Shown here piece by piece: positions 25,958 to 34,872 of a DNA stretch of 40,028 nucleotides (its first letter is position 1; every line of letters begins with the position of its first letter). Made by a program: the position numbers and the translations under genes. Origin of the DNA: Patescibacteria group bacterium. Lineage in GTDB: Bacteria; Patescibacteriota; Microgenomatia; Daviesbacterales; UBA10151. The stretch is taken from NCBI GenBank assembly GCA_018816815.1, contig JAHIVD010000019.1:1-40028 (forward strand), read 5' to 3'. The notes beneath the pieces are model-generated. The model did no database searches. It had not been told where the DNA came from and saw nothing but the letters and a program-made list of their open reading frames with translations.

Positions 25958-26239
25958 TTAAACTGTATAAACTTCCATTCCTTCCTGTACTTCTTCATCA
26001 ACTTTTATACCAAAAGAGTCTCCTTTTTTTACCTCTTCCACTTCTTTATGGTCGATCTGTAAAGACTGAATACTTTGAGTAAACTCTTTTTCTCCTTTTT
26101 TAAATTTAATCTGCTGACCCACCTTTAGAGATCCTGAAGTTAAGTCCAAAACAGCCACGCTTATTTTATCGTAGTAATGTGTAACTTTACCTATTGGAGT
26201 TTTTATTTTTTCATCACCTCCAATCAAAAAACAAACCAA
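25958..26239 (-). CDS. Small EF-Tu domain-2-like beta-barrel protein
   Basis: LKVGQQIKF...IQSLQIDHKEVEEVKKGDSFGIKV matches the translation-factor domain II pattern. The start codon is uncertain (TTG possible). Confidence 0.45.
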   Translation of the reverse strand: MVCFLIGGDEKIKTPIGKVTHYYDKISVAVLDLTSGSLKVGQQIKFKKGEKEFTQSIQSLQIDHKEVEEVKKGDSFGIKVDEEVQEGMEVYTV

Positions 26240-26251
26240 AAATCAATTATG

Positions 26252-26324
26252 TAGGCTCGGCTGGACTTGAACCAGCAACCTATTCTGTATAAGAGAAGCG
26301 CTCTGCCAATTGAGCTACGAGCCT
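26252..26324 (-). tRNA. tRNA-Ile with anticodon UAU
   Basis: Hand-folded cloverleaf: AGGCUCG/CGAGCCU acceptor, U8 A9, GCUC/GAGC D stem, anticodon loop CUUAUAC, GCUGG/CCAGC T stem with UUCAAGU loop, 5-nt variable loop. Positions 27-43 form a C-U mismatch. Confidence 0.8.
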
Positions 26325-26332
26325 GTAAGGAT

Positions 26333-26361
26333 ATTATACAAGGATAAAGTCTAAAGTTCAA
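26333..26361 (-). promoter_or_regulatory. Sigma70-like promoter: TTGAAC, 17-nt spacer, TATAAT, ending 8 nt before the tRNA-Ile(UAU) 5' end
   Basis: -35 at 26356-26361 and -10 at 26333-26338 on the minus strand. Confidence 0.5.
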
Positions 26362-26392
26362 AATACAAAATGATAAATTGCAGTTTAAACTA

Positions 26393-28735
26393 TTACAACC
26401 TGGATCTTAATACTATATCTGCTTCCACCTGAAGGGCATCTCTACCATATTTTAAGCGGGATAATTCTCTGATCGTCTGACCGATTTGAGGATTTAACAT
26501 GGCTTTCCATTTTTTCATATCTTTAGTTGTATCCAAGGAAAAAGGCACAACCGGTTCACCGTTAACAATAGTTTTAATATAGGTATGAGGGGATTCAATA
26601 TTTACCAAATCTGCCTCTGAAAAAGTAGGTGCAAATTCATGCTGCAGGTAATTGGCATCAGTTATGCCCACCCTAAACCCGATAATTGTACCAACGTTTC
26701 CAAAAACAGCGTTTTTCAAATCCTCACCTATCTGACCGATAAATTGGTTAGCCACAATTAAGTTTAATCTATATTTCCTGGCCTCAGAAAGAATATCTGC
26801 AAATGTATCGGTAGCGAAATTTTGAAACTCGTCAACATAAAGGTAAAAATCCCGCCTTTGCTCCATTGGTGTATTGGAACGTGACATGGCAGCAGCCAGC
26901 AGTTTAGGAACTAAAATTAACCCCAGGAAATTAGAGTTTTCCTCCCCTATTCTGCCTTTTGACAAATTCATAATTAATATTTTTCCTTCGTCCATAACTT
27001 TGCGCAGATCAAATGAGGATTTTGATTGACCAATAATATTCCTCATCATTTTATTAGTAACAAATCGACCGAATTTAGACACTGTATAATCTAAAACTTC
27101 TGATTTATGGAAATCTGTGGTTTGAGCAATCTGATCTGTCCAGTAACGCTTCACAACCGGATCAGTAACTCTTGGCAGGAGTTCTTTGACAAAATTGGCA
27201 TCAGTCATAATTCTGACAACCTCCACAAAAGTAGCGCCTGGCGAGCTCATTGCTGTTAACATGGCATTCCTGACACCATGTTCAAATCGCGGCCCAATAA
27301 TTCCTGTTTTATTAGGATCAAAAAGTTTGTACATAAGTCCTATTATCGAAGCTACAACAAAGTGTTTTTGTTCTTCAGCATAGGCTTCCAACATATTTAA
27401 TCCAAAAGGCCGGGTCGTGTCCGAGGGATCAAAATAAATCACATCCTCAGCTCTTTGAGGTGGAATTAACTGCAGCAACTCTTCTGCAGCATCTCCGTGA
27501 GGATCAATAAAACATAAACCTTTACCTGCCATGATATCCTGCAACATCAAGGTCTTAAGTAGTTCTGACTTTCCTGTACCAGTTCTACCGATAATATACA
27601 TATGCTTTCGCCGATCATCTTCTGAAAGGTAAACCGGCCTGTCTACGCCGCGGAAAACAGATCTACCTAAAAATAAGCCACTGCTGGGAATCTTTTCCGG
27701 GGCCGGAGCCCGTTTTGATGAAAGCCAGCTAATGTAAGGTGTTTCAATAGACTTATTTGGAAAATGAAAAATAGAAGCCAGCTCATCAGGTGTTAGAACC
27801 GAAAGCTTAGTAAATCTGGGCATATAACGATAAATAAAATCAGTTAAAAACCCTTTTTTAGAATACACTTTAGCACTGGTGAATGAATTATACGGCCCGC
27901 TAAATTGCTCAAAGGCTGTTTTGATATTGGCCAGATGAGCTTTAGCAGCTGCTTCGGAAGTACTTGAAGTAACAATCCGTAAACTAATATCAAACCCTGG
28001 CTTAGCGATCTTACCCTCAACTGCTTCTAGTTCCTTGGCGTCAGGAGGCGGTTTGGGATTTTTTTCATCCCCTGGCTCTTTTTGTTTTTTCAGCCATTTT
28101 TTAGCTAAATCCTTCCAGGTATTATTTGAAGGCGAAAGCATAAGCTGCACTGCTACTCCCTCGTTTGTCTGCATCTTGGCAAAAGCCGAAGTTAAAGCTG
28201 AAAGAGGATCTGTGGGTAAATCGCGGAAGGTTTTTACTGGAAAATAATCCGCATTCTTTAGTTTCAACTGAACAAAAGCTACCTCCCCTGTCTCGGAAAA
28301 GATATTATATTCCGGAACCTCCTTAATTTCAGCATCAGGATACGCACCGTGAATCTGTTTTTCAATTAAATCCTGATGCTGTTTATAACAAGCCACAAAA
28401 AATCTGATCGATTCATGTAAAGCTACAATCTCAAAAGATAAATGTGGTTGCGGTTTCAAAACAGCCAGCATCCCTCCGGATTTCCGCAACGAAGCAAGAG
28501 TAGCAAAAAGCTGTTCAATTGCATCTATTTTAATTTCATTTCCTCTTGGAACTTTGATTTGCAAAAGCACTAACTGCAGCGACAACTTTTCTCTATCCCT
28601 GTACTTAATCCAATCCACTAAATATTTACGTAAAAAAAGGAAAATACCAACTAGTAACAACAGCAGCCCTAAAACTACAATTACGGCTACAGCCAAACCC
28701 ATAAAATCTATTCCGTTTGTTTGAGTAACTTCCAT
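26393..28735 (-). CDS. Membrane-anchored FtsK/HerA-TraD/VirD4-like P-loop ATPase (type IV coupling-protein-like)
   Basis: N-terminal TM helix, Walker A (GRTGTGKSELL) followed by CFIDPHGD, and Walker B (FYLYVDEFQNF). Confidence 0.7.
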   Translation of the reverse strand: MEVTQTNGIDFMGLAVAVIVVLGLLLLLVGIFLFLRKYLVDWIKYRDREKLSLQLVLLQIKVPRGNEIKIDAIEQLFATLASLRKSGGMLAVLKPQPHLSFEIVALHESIRFFVACYKQHQDLIEKQIHGAYPDAEIKEVPEYNIFSETGEVAFVQLKLKNADYFPVKTFRDLPTDPLSALTSAFAKMQTNEGVAVQLMLSPSNNTWKDLAKKWLKKQKEPGDEKNPKPPPDAKELEAVEGKIAKPGFDISLRIVTSSTSEAAAKAHLANIKTAFEQFSGPYNSFTSAKVYSKKGFLTDFIYRYMPRFTKLSVLTPDELASIFHFPNKSIETPYISWLSSKRAPAPEKIPSSGLFLGRSVFRGVDRPVYLSEDDRRKHMYIIGRTGTGKSELLKTLMLQDIMAGKGLCFIDPHGDAAEELLQLIPPQRAEDVIYFDPSDTTRPFGLNMLEAYAEEQKHFVVASIIGLMYKLFDPNKTGIIGPRFEHGVRNAMLTAMSSPGATFVEVVRIMTDANFVKELLPRVTDPVVKRYWTDQIAQTTDFHKSEVLDYTVSKFGRFVTNKMMRNIIGQSKSSFDLRKVMDEGKILIMNLSKGRIGEENSNFLGLILVPKLLAAAMSRSNTPMEQRRDFYLYVDEFQNFATDTFADILSEARKYRLNLIVANQFIGQIGEDLKNAVFGNVGTIIGFRVGITDANYLQHEFAPTFSEADLVNIESPHTYIKTIVNGEPVVPFSLDTTKDMKKWKAMLNPQIGQTIRELSRLKYGRDALQVEADIVLRSRL

Positions 28736-28742
28736 TATGCTG

Positions 28743-29066
28743 CTATACTGCTTTTTTCATTGATACCAATTTTTGTTTTAACCTTCTGGCAGCAGCAATT
28801 ATAATCGGAGCATTACCTTGTGCAGTCCGTATGCGGGCAGTTTCACCTGCGCCTCCAACTTGTTCATCAAATGTGCTTCCTACAACATGCACAGTATCCT
28901 CCATTGCCTCTTCAATCCCTTTTAGCGGAGAGTTATCGTCTGGGTCCACTTGCGCTGCAGTAACCGGATAACCAGCTTGAGTGGAATAATCAGCAACCTT
29001 ATTATGTAACCTTTTCTCTTGATGTTCTTTATGCTGTAAAACTTTTACAGGAGCAGGTGCTGTCAT
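28743..29066 (-). CDS. Hypothetical 107-aa protein, 7 nt upstream of the ATPase gene
   Basis: ORF only. Its placement suggests co-transcription with the ATPase. Confidence 0.4.
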   Translation of the reverse strand: MTAPAPVKVLQHKEHQEKRLHNKVADYSTQAGYPVTAAQVDPDDNSPLKGIEEAMEDTVHVVGSTFDEQVGGAGETARIRTAQGNAPIIIAAARRLKQKLVSMKKAV

Positions 29067-29150
29067 AAATACATTATCTCACAACCAGTGTCTTTATTGC
29101 CAACAATTTTCAACTCACCAATAGATTCGGAACTTCTAATATTTTAATAT

Positions 29151-30080
29151 TCATGCCTTCTGAAGATTTTCCAAGTATTCTCCAACATCAAAAGCAGCCC
29201 TGCAGCCAACCCCTGCTGCAGTAATAGCTTGTCTGTATTTATAGTCTGAAACATCACCTGCTGCAAAGACTCCGGAAATATTTGTTCGGGTTTCATCTTT
29301 AACCACAATATAGCCTTTTTTATCTAAATCTAATTGGCCTTTTAGAAAATCTGTATTTGGTTTGTGACCGATTGCAACAAACAATCCATCTGTCTTTAAC
29401 TGTCTAATCTTATCTGTTTGAGTATTTTTTAGCTTCAAACCAGTTACTTTATCACTTCCCAACACCTCTTCTACTACTGAATTCCATATAAAATTGATAT
29501 TCTGCTTAGCTTTTACTAATTCCTGCAAGGCTGCCTGAGCCCGCAACTCATCTCTTCTGTGTATAACTGTGACCTGTTTGCACAGCTTAGATAAATAATT
29601 TGCTTCCCTCAAAGCAGTATCTCCTCCTCCAACAACTGCCACAGTCTTACCTTTAAAGAAAAAGCCGTCGCAAACACTGCAAGCTGATACTCCTTTTCCT
29701 TTAAGACTTTCCTCTGATGATAGTCCCAGCCATATTGCTGATGCTCCTGTTGCAATAATTAAACTACTGGCTTTTAGGTTTTGACTTTCAGTATTAATCT
29801 CAAGTGGTCTGACTTTTAAATCAACAGAAACCACATCTTCACTGATAAAACGAACGTTGAACCGCTCGGCTTGCTTCCGCATTTTAGCCATTAATTCAGG
29901 ACCTTGAATGCCTGTTTCAAACCCCGGATAATCATCTACATCTGTTGTCTTAGTCAGCTGTCCTCCTGCTTCCCTACCAGCTACAACTAAAGGATCCAAA
30001 CTGCCCCGGGCCGCATAAATAGCAGCTGTTAACCCTGCTGGTCCGGAACCAATAATTACTAGTTTTTCAATCTTATCCAT
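29151..30080 (-). CDS. trxB: Thioredoxin-disulfide reductase
   Basis: FAD motif (GSGPAG), redox-active CSVCDG, NADPH motif (GGGDTALREA) and a C-terminal GD motif. Confidence 0.95.
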   Translation of the reverse strand: MDKIEKLVIIGSGPAGLTAAIYAARGSLDPLVVAGREAGGQLTKTTDVDDYPGFETGIQGPELMAKMRKQAERFNVRFISEDVVSVDLKVRPLEINTESQNLKASSLIIATGASAIWLGLSSEESLKGKGVSACSVCDGFFFKGKTVAVVGGGDTALREANYLSKLCKQVTVIHRRDELRAQAALQELVKAKQNINFIWNSVVEEVLGSDKVTGLKLKNTQTDKIRQLKTDGLFVAIGHKPNTDFLKGQLDLDKKGYIVVKDETRTNISGVFAAGDVSDYKYRQAITAAGVGCRAAFDVGEYLENLQKA

Positions 30081-30167
30081 ATCTTTACTTTAAAATTCTA
30101 CTACACTATAAATTCTGATTAAAGAACCATACAGGATTTTAATTTTTTAAACATCTGAAAATTTATC

Positions 30168-30183
30168 CATTGAAAATTCAATG
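30168..30183. promoter_or_regulatory. 16-bp palindrome CATTGAA AA TTCAATG about 90 bp upstream of trxB, with a related half-site CTTGAAAATTCGG at 30201-30213
   Basis: Direct reading. It is a candidate dimeric regulator site and matches no regulator consensus that I know. Confidence 0.25.
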
Positions 30184-30221
30184 AAAAATAAAAATTGGTA
30201 CTTGAAAATTCGGTCATCTAC

Positions 30222-30464
30222 CTACTTATCAGTCGAGCTGGAAGTAGCGGTTTTTGCCTTGGTTGACCCGGTAGCCTCTTCCTCTGCTGGTGTAGCAGAT
30301 GGACTAGCTATTGCAACAGGTGTAGGTGTAACTTGTACTTGCTGTTCTGTTTGAGGAGAAACAACCGATGTAACCTTGCTGCGAAGCCATACTAAATAAC
30401 CTGCAATAACCACCAATACCAGTATAACTATGACTATTGAAACATTTCTGTTCATTTTCTTCAC
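30222..30464 (-). CDS. Small single-pass membrane protein with a Pro/Thr/Ser-rich tail
   Basis: One TM helix (VSIVIVILVLVVIAGYLVWL) followed by a low-complexity region. Confidence 0.45.
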   Translation of the reverse strand: MKKMNRNVSIVIVILVLVVIAGYLVWLRSKVTSVVSPQTEQQVQVTPTPVAIASPSATPAEEEATGSTKAKTATSSSTDK

Positions 30465-30484
30465 CTCCCCCGGGCAACTGCTTC

Positions 30485-31171
30485 TTATATTAAACCTTTT
30501 GTTTTAGTAAAATCAATACCTTGATCTGTTTGATTCCGAAGAATCAATATCGAAGCGAAAAAACCTGTTGTCATGCCCAGGAAAGTCCCACCTATAACAT
30601 CTGATAACCAATGTTCACCCAAATATACTCTGGTTAATGCCATTAAAAATGCAAGTACAATAAGTGAACAAAAAATAGTAAATCTATAATAAAAATTTCT
30701 TGAGGAATAAATCATCATCAAAGCAAACACAGTAATAATAAAAATTGTTCTGGTCATATGCCCCGAAGGGTATGAAAAATTGGTATGCACATAAAAACTT
30801 GGCAAGCTGGTATGCAAAATGCTTCTGTGAAACAAAACAGGCGGTCCTGGGTGAAAAACTACTAATTTACCAAAGATTTCAACAGCTGAAGCAGGAATAA
30901 TCATTAACCAACCAATAATTTCCAGCCATCTTCTGCGCAGCAGAGCCCAAAAAATAAACATCAAACAAAAACCGATTGTCACCTCAGCAGAACCAAGTAA
31001 GCTAAAATAGGAAAAAGTGCCATCAAAACGACTTGAGATATGATCCTGTAACTTAACAGTTGTGTCAAAATCTGTTTTTTGCCAACGCTCTTTGGCTACA
31101 GTATAGGAAAAATAGGTAAAAAATAGTAGCAGTAGTAGCGAAAGAAGGAATAATTTGGTTTTCACGCACAA
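30485..31171 (-). CDS. PAP2-family membrane phosphatase (BcrC/undecaprenyl-diphosphatase-like)
   Basis: PSGH and TRVYLGEHWLSDV motifs. The protein is polytopic. Confidence 0.7.
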   Translation of the reverse strand: MCVKTKLFLLSLLLLLFFTYFSYTVAKERWQKTDFDTTVKLQDHISSRFDGTFSYFSLLGSAEVTIGFCLMFIFWALLRRRWLEIIGWLMIIPASAVEIFGKLVVFHPGPPVLFHRSILHTSLPSFYVHTNFSYPSGHMTRTIFIITVFALMMIYSSRNFYYRFTIFCSLIVLAFLMALTRVYLGEHWLSDVIGGTFLGMTTGFFASILILRNQTDQGIDFTKTKGLI

Positions 31172-31172
31172 A

Positions 31173-31655
31173 TTATTGTACAGTAATTGAACTAATTAAT
31201 GAAGACGTGGAATAGTTACCGATAGTTTTTGTCACAAATTTTAATTTTGCTCCAACCAATTGCGTTGCTCTTTGGAGAAAATAAGTATTCCGGTCTTTTT
31301 CAGTTGCTGCAATAATATCTGGTTTTATTTTTAATATAAGTCGGTCATATTCTAAGTCTTTTTTAAAATAAGGTAATTTTATAACATAGTCTACCGACTG
31401 CAATGCAGATAAAATCACAACTCGCTCAGCTTGATTGTAAACAGGACGATTAATACCTTTTATAGCTTTTACTTTTACATCGCTTTCCAAAAGCACTATC
31501 AAGATATCCCCTGCTTTTTTGGCTTTCTCCAAAAATATCACATGGCCGGGATGCAGCAGGTCAAAGCATCCCCCTGCCAAAACAACTACCTTGCCTTGTT
31601 TTTTAAACTTACTACAAACACTACCAATTTTATTTATAGATACAACTTCTGCCAT
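31173..31655 (-). CDS. Cytidylyltransferase-family nucleotidyltransferase (RfaE-II/TagD/FAD-synthetase-like)
   Basis: GGCFDLLHPGHVIFLEKAK matches the (H/T)xGH nucleotidyltransferase motif. Confidence 0.8.
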   Translation of the reverse strand: MAEVVSINKIGSVCSKFKKQGKVVVLAGGCFDLLHPGHVIFLEKAKKAGDILIVLLESDVKVKAIKGINRPVYNQAERVVILSALQSVDYVIKLPYFKKDLEYDRLILKIKPDIIAATEKDRNTYFLQRATQLVGAKLKFVTKTIGNYSTSSLISSITVQ

Positions 31656-32588
31656 ATTTTTACAGTTATGTTACACTTTTTAATCATAGAACACAAAAAT
31701 TATGAAATCTTCAGAAAAACCAATTATTCTTCATTCAGATTATTAAGAACTATTAAGAGATTGCGGGCAATTAGTTGCTCGTCTCAGGCAATCTAAAACT
31801 TTAACAACTTTATTGGATATTTTGGGAAGAAAAAGGATAAAACTTATCTGTACAAGAAAAAAGATTGTTACTCCTTTCTTTTCAGTAAGACAACCTTACA
31901 AAAACCGGTTTTAAAAAAGATTTGGCTACAAACAAACTAACCAGAATTTTATTGGATGAAAACACTACCTTTGGGGATATTTTAAAAAAAATTGCCCGAG
32001 AGTTATTTTCTGCCAGCAATGAAAGAAACGGAAACAACAGATACAGCCAGGTAGCAGCAGAGCATCTCCCTCATTTTTAGAAGGTCAAAATACTTTAGGC
32101 TATTACAGTGAACTTTGAACAGGCACCTTTTTAATCTTTTTAATTTTTAATCTTTTTCATTACTAATCCTGAGATGATGAAAACCATGGCTATCAAAAAT
32201 GGTCAAGGCATACCAGAATTGCTCCAGCTTTCCGATGAACAGCTTAAAAATTTCTATCGTTTTGAAAATCATGATTGGACAGCCAAGATATTAAAAAAGT
32301 AATTGCTAATACTGTCCTAAATGATTAAAAAAATTTGCATTTGGCTGATTTGAGTTCCGATGCTTTGGATTTAATGGAAAAATTTCTGGAGTAAGCCCCT
32401 AAAACAAAAACAACCCCGCAACTGTTCAATATTTGACAAAAAGAATAATGTAATACTTCTCCCTCGATTACGCTCGGGATCGTTCAGTGAATGTTCTGGA
32501 AACTCCTGAACGGGTTACACAACGCTTGAGCTATTGACTATTAAAAAGGTACATGTGTTATTATTAAAAATACTAAGGAAAATGCTTA

Positions 32589-33170
32589 ATGGTGAATAGG
32601 GATAAAAAAATTATCAAAGTTCTAAGTATTATTGGAGTGGTGTTAATATTCGGAGGACTGGGTCTATTGATATTTTTAGAAATCAAATTTTTAAATATGC
32701 CTAACAGCGAGCTTGTTGCTTTCTCGGAAACCATCCGTCTCCCCTCATCCCTGATAAGCTCCCTCTCTTCCTTAACCATGCCCTCTCAAAGTTTACCAAC
32801 TCCTGTTCCTGCTCCTACTGCAACTCCTCCGCCGACCAGCGGATCAACTGTTGTTGATCCTGTTGTTAATCCTGTTACCGCTGCTTCCGTTTCCCCTTAT
32901 CGTGGCAAATTTACCGGAGTTTTGGCAGATAATATCAAGCTGATCTTTGCCGATCCAAGTTATAAAGACATCATCAGCCTGATTGATGACAGCGTAAAAC
33001 AGACTGATCCAAACATCATCTATACAGATTATAAAAAGGCCTTTAATTTAATGAAAACCGCCTATCTGAGCAGTCAAGACACATATATGCTGATGGCTAT
33101 GATGGACATTAGGGTAACAGCTTCTACTCTGCCTCAGTTTTCAGTTGCGGATATGGAGATACCCGAATGA
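32589..33170 (+). CDS. Membrane-anchored protein with a Pro/Thr linker and a small C-terminal domain
   Basis: TM helix, then LPTPVPAPTATPPPTSG. Its stop overlaps the start of the next gene (ATGA). Confidence 0.5.
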   Translation: MVNRDKKIIKVLSIIGVVLIFGGLGLLIFLEIKFLNMPNSELVAFSETIRLPSSLISSLSSLTMPSQSLPTPVPAPTATPPPTSGSTVVDPVVNPVTAASVSPYRGKFTGVLADNIKLIFADPSYKDIISLIDDSVKQTDPNIIYTDYKKAFNLMKTAYLSSQDTYMLMAMMDIRVTASTLPQFSVADMEIPE

Positions 33171-34528
33171 AAAAAGTATGTTTTAAACTGGGAATAAGCT
33201 TATTTTGCCTAGGTTTAGTTTTGACAATTTTAGTCGGCAAATCTGCGGCTGACCAGTCTGCATTCTTAGGCTATTCGGTGGATTCCACAAAGGATAAACC
33301 AATTTCCGTATTTAACAATTTTCCAGCGGCTTATGGCCATATCCATGATAACATAGTTGAAGATAGACCAAACAGATGTGACGAAGTGTTGGTGTTAGCC
33401 AGTGACAAATGTTATGAATTTCATTATCTACTAAATGATTGCCGAACGTCGTTAGCTAACCCATCTGACAGAAATCAATGCAATCTTCAACCCCTGGTTG
33501 CTGCAACACAGACATATAACCAAAAACAATTAGAAGAATTCCTCGAGAGCCAATGTGTTGCTAATTTTAACACAGGCACTACAGCAGCTGCCAATATATT
33601 AAGTTGTGCTGGTTATGTCTATCAGCAATGTGTACAAAAATTATTTGAAAACAATACCACCATAAATCAAACTCAATATGATGACTTTCAAGAATGTCTC
33701 CGAAAATCTATAGAATCTATAGTAAAAAATGGATCAACGCTCCACGGTGCTAACCTTTCAGCAAAAAAGGTTACTAACCTGGAGCTTTATTGGGGGTCTA
33801 ACAGCTTATTTTCTGGTAATGCGAATATAGCGGAAATAAATTTGGATTTAAGTAAAATTGACACTGCTTTTAATCCTGAAGAAAGCAAAAATTATGACAT
33901 GACTCTATTTGTTTACTTTGATGGATATAACGGTCCATGTCAGGGTGATAAGTGTAAAAAAGTCAGCTTTACCATCCGCTATACCGCTCCTGCTTCAGTC
34001 CCGGCAGCAGGAACTGGCACTAAAGCTGTTCCGGCAGGAGATGCTGGTACCAATACTGCTGCTCGTTCTTGTGACTACAGGGAGTCTTGCGGTAGTGGAG
34101 GAACAAAACTTTGCCATGGTAAACTTAGTAAAGACGCTAATGGCAAGGAACAATGCATATTTATAACAGGCTCTTCGTATTGCGAAGGTTGCGAGGGCGA
34201 GTCCGGAACACCAAACAGTATTTGTCCTCCCGGAGCCTACGATATTCAGTGTACAGGAAATTGTGCTGGGTGTGATTTAAATTCAGGCGAAGCAACTGTT
34301 AAACACTGCAACTCTTCAGGAACCGCATGGGAGGATAGAAATCCTGAATGTAACGTCAAATGCGCCAAGTGTGGCGACCGTAAAGTTAGCGGACCGTCCG
34401 AAGGAAGTCGTTGCGAGTATCCGGAACAGTGCTCTACGGGCGGGGTTCATAGATGTACCGGGACTATCCAAGGAGGAGTATGTAAATATAATCCGGCAAT
34501 AGATCCTTATTGTACTGCTTGCTACTAA
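33167..34528 (+). CDS. Secreted cysteine-rich protein (30 Cys in the mature part, 20 of them in the last 152 aa)
   Basis: Signal peptide (...GKSAADQ). Repeated modules C-x5-C-x7-C-x13-C-x8-C-x2-C (aa 302-342) and C-x5-C-x7-C-x8-C-x9-C-x2-C (aa 416-452) share CxYxExCxxGG. Two C-x3-C-x2-C units lie between them. Confidence 0.7.
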   Translation: MKKVCFKLGISLFCLGLVLTILVGKSAADQSAFLGYSVDSTKDKPISVFNNFPAAYGHIHDNIVEDRPNRCDEVLVLASDKCYEFHYLLNDCRTSLANPSDRNQCNLQPLVAATQTYNQKQLEEFLESQCVANFNTGTTAAANILSCAGYVYQQCVQKLFENNTTINQTQYDDFQECLRKSIESIVKNGSTLHGANLSAKKVTNLELYWGSNSLFSGNANIAEINLDLSKIDTAFNPEESKNYDMTLFVYFDGYNGPCQGDKCKKVSFTIRYTAPASVPAAGTGTKAVPAGDAGTNTAARSCDYRESCGSGGTKLCHGKLSKDANGKEQCIFITGSSYCEGCEGESGTPNSICPPGAYDIQCTGNCAGCDLNSGEATVKHCNSSGTAWEDRNPECNVKCAKCGDRKVSGPSEGSRCEYPEQCSTGGVHRCTGTIQGGVCKYNPAIDPYCTACY

Positions 34529-34542
34529 TATAATTAAAATAT

Positions 34543-34815
34543 ATGAAAATTTTAGAACAAATTAAAAATCAAATTCAAAGCAATGAAACTGTCAGTTTGC
34601 TGGTTCGTAAAAAAAAGGCTATTTTAATTATCCTGATTTTAGTTTTAGGGATAATGGCCGGAGTTTACCTGGTCAGGCAGCAGCAAATCCTAAAAAGCAG
34701 AGCAGCAACTGGTCGTACAGTAATTCGTATAACTCCTGCTATCAACGACACAATAGTCGAAACTAACACTTCTGAGGTTCAAATCCAAATTGATAAGGGT
34801 AGTTTTGGGAACTGA
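34543..34815 (+). CDS. Small membrane-anchored protein
   Basis: TM helix followed by VRQQQILKSRAA and a roughly 45-aa extracytoplasmic tail. It lies 14 nt after the Cys-rich gene. Confidence 0.45.
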   Translation: MKILEQIKNQIQSNETVSLLVRKKKAILIILILVLGIMAGVYLVRQQQILKSRAATGRTVIRITPAINDTIVETNTSEVQIQIDKGSFGN

Positions 34816-34872
34816 GCTTAACTAAAAATCACCCGGTCTCTTAAATCTTTATACAACTGGTAATGAAGAATA

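Noticed and set aside
25090-26324. XerC/D-like recombinase next to tRNA genes as the integrase of an integrated island
   Set aside because: The protein has the size and layout of a chromosomal Xer recombinase. I found no duplicated tRNA 3' segment (att-like direct repeat) in the surrounding sequence.
31431-31796. 121-aa plus-strand ORF
   Set aside because: About two thirds of it overlaps the cytidylyltransferase gene in antisense. Its composition is that of a shadow frame.
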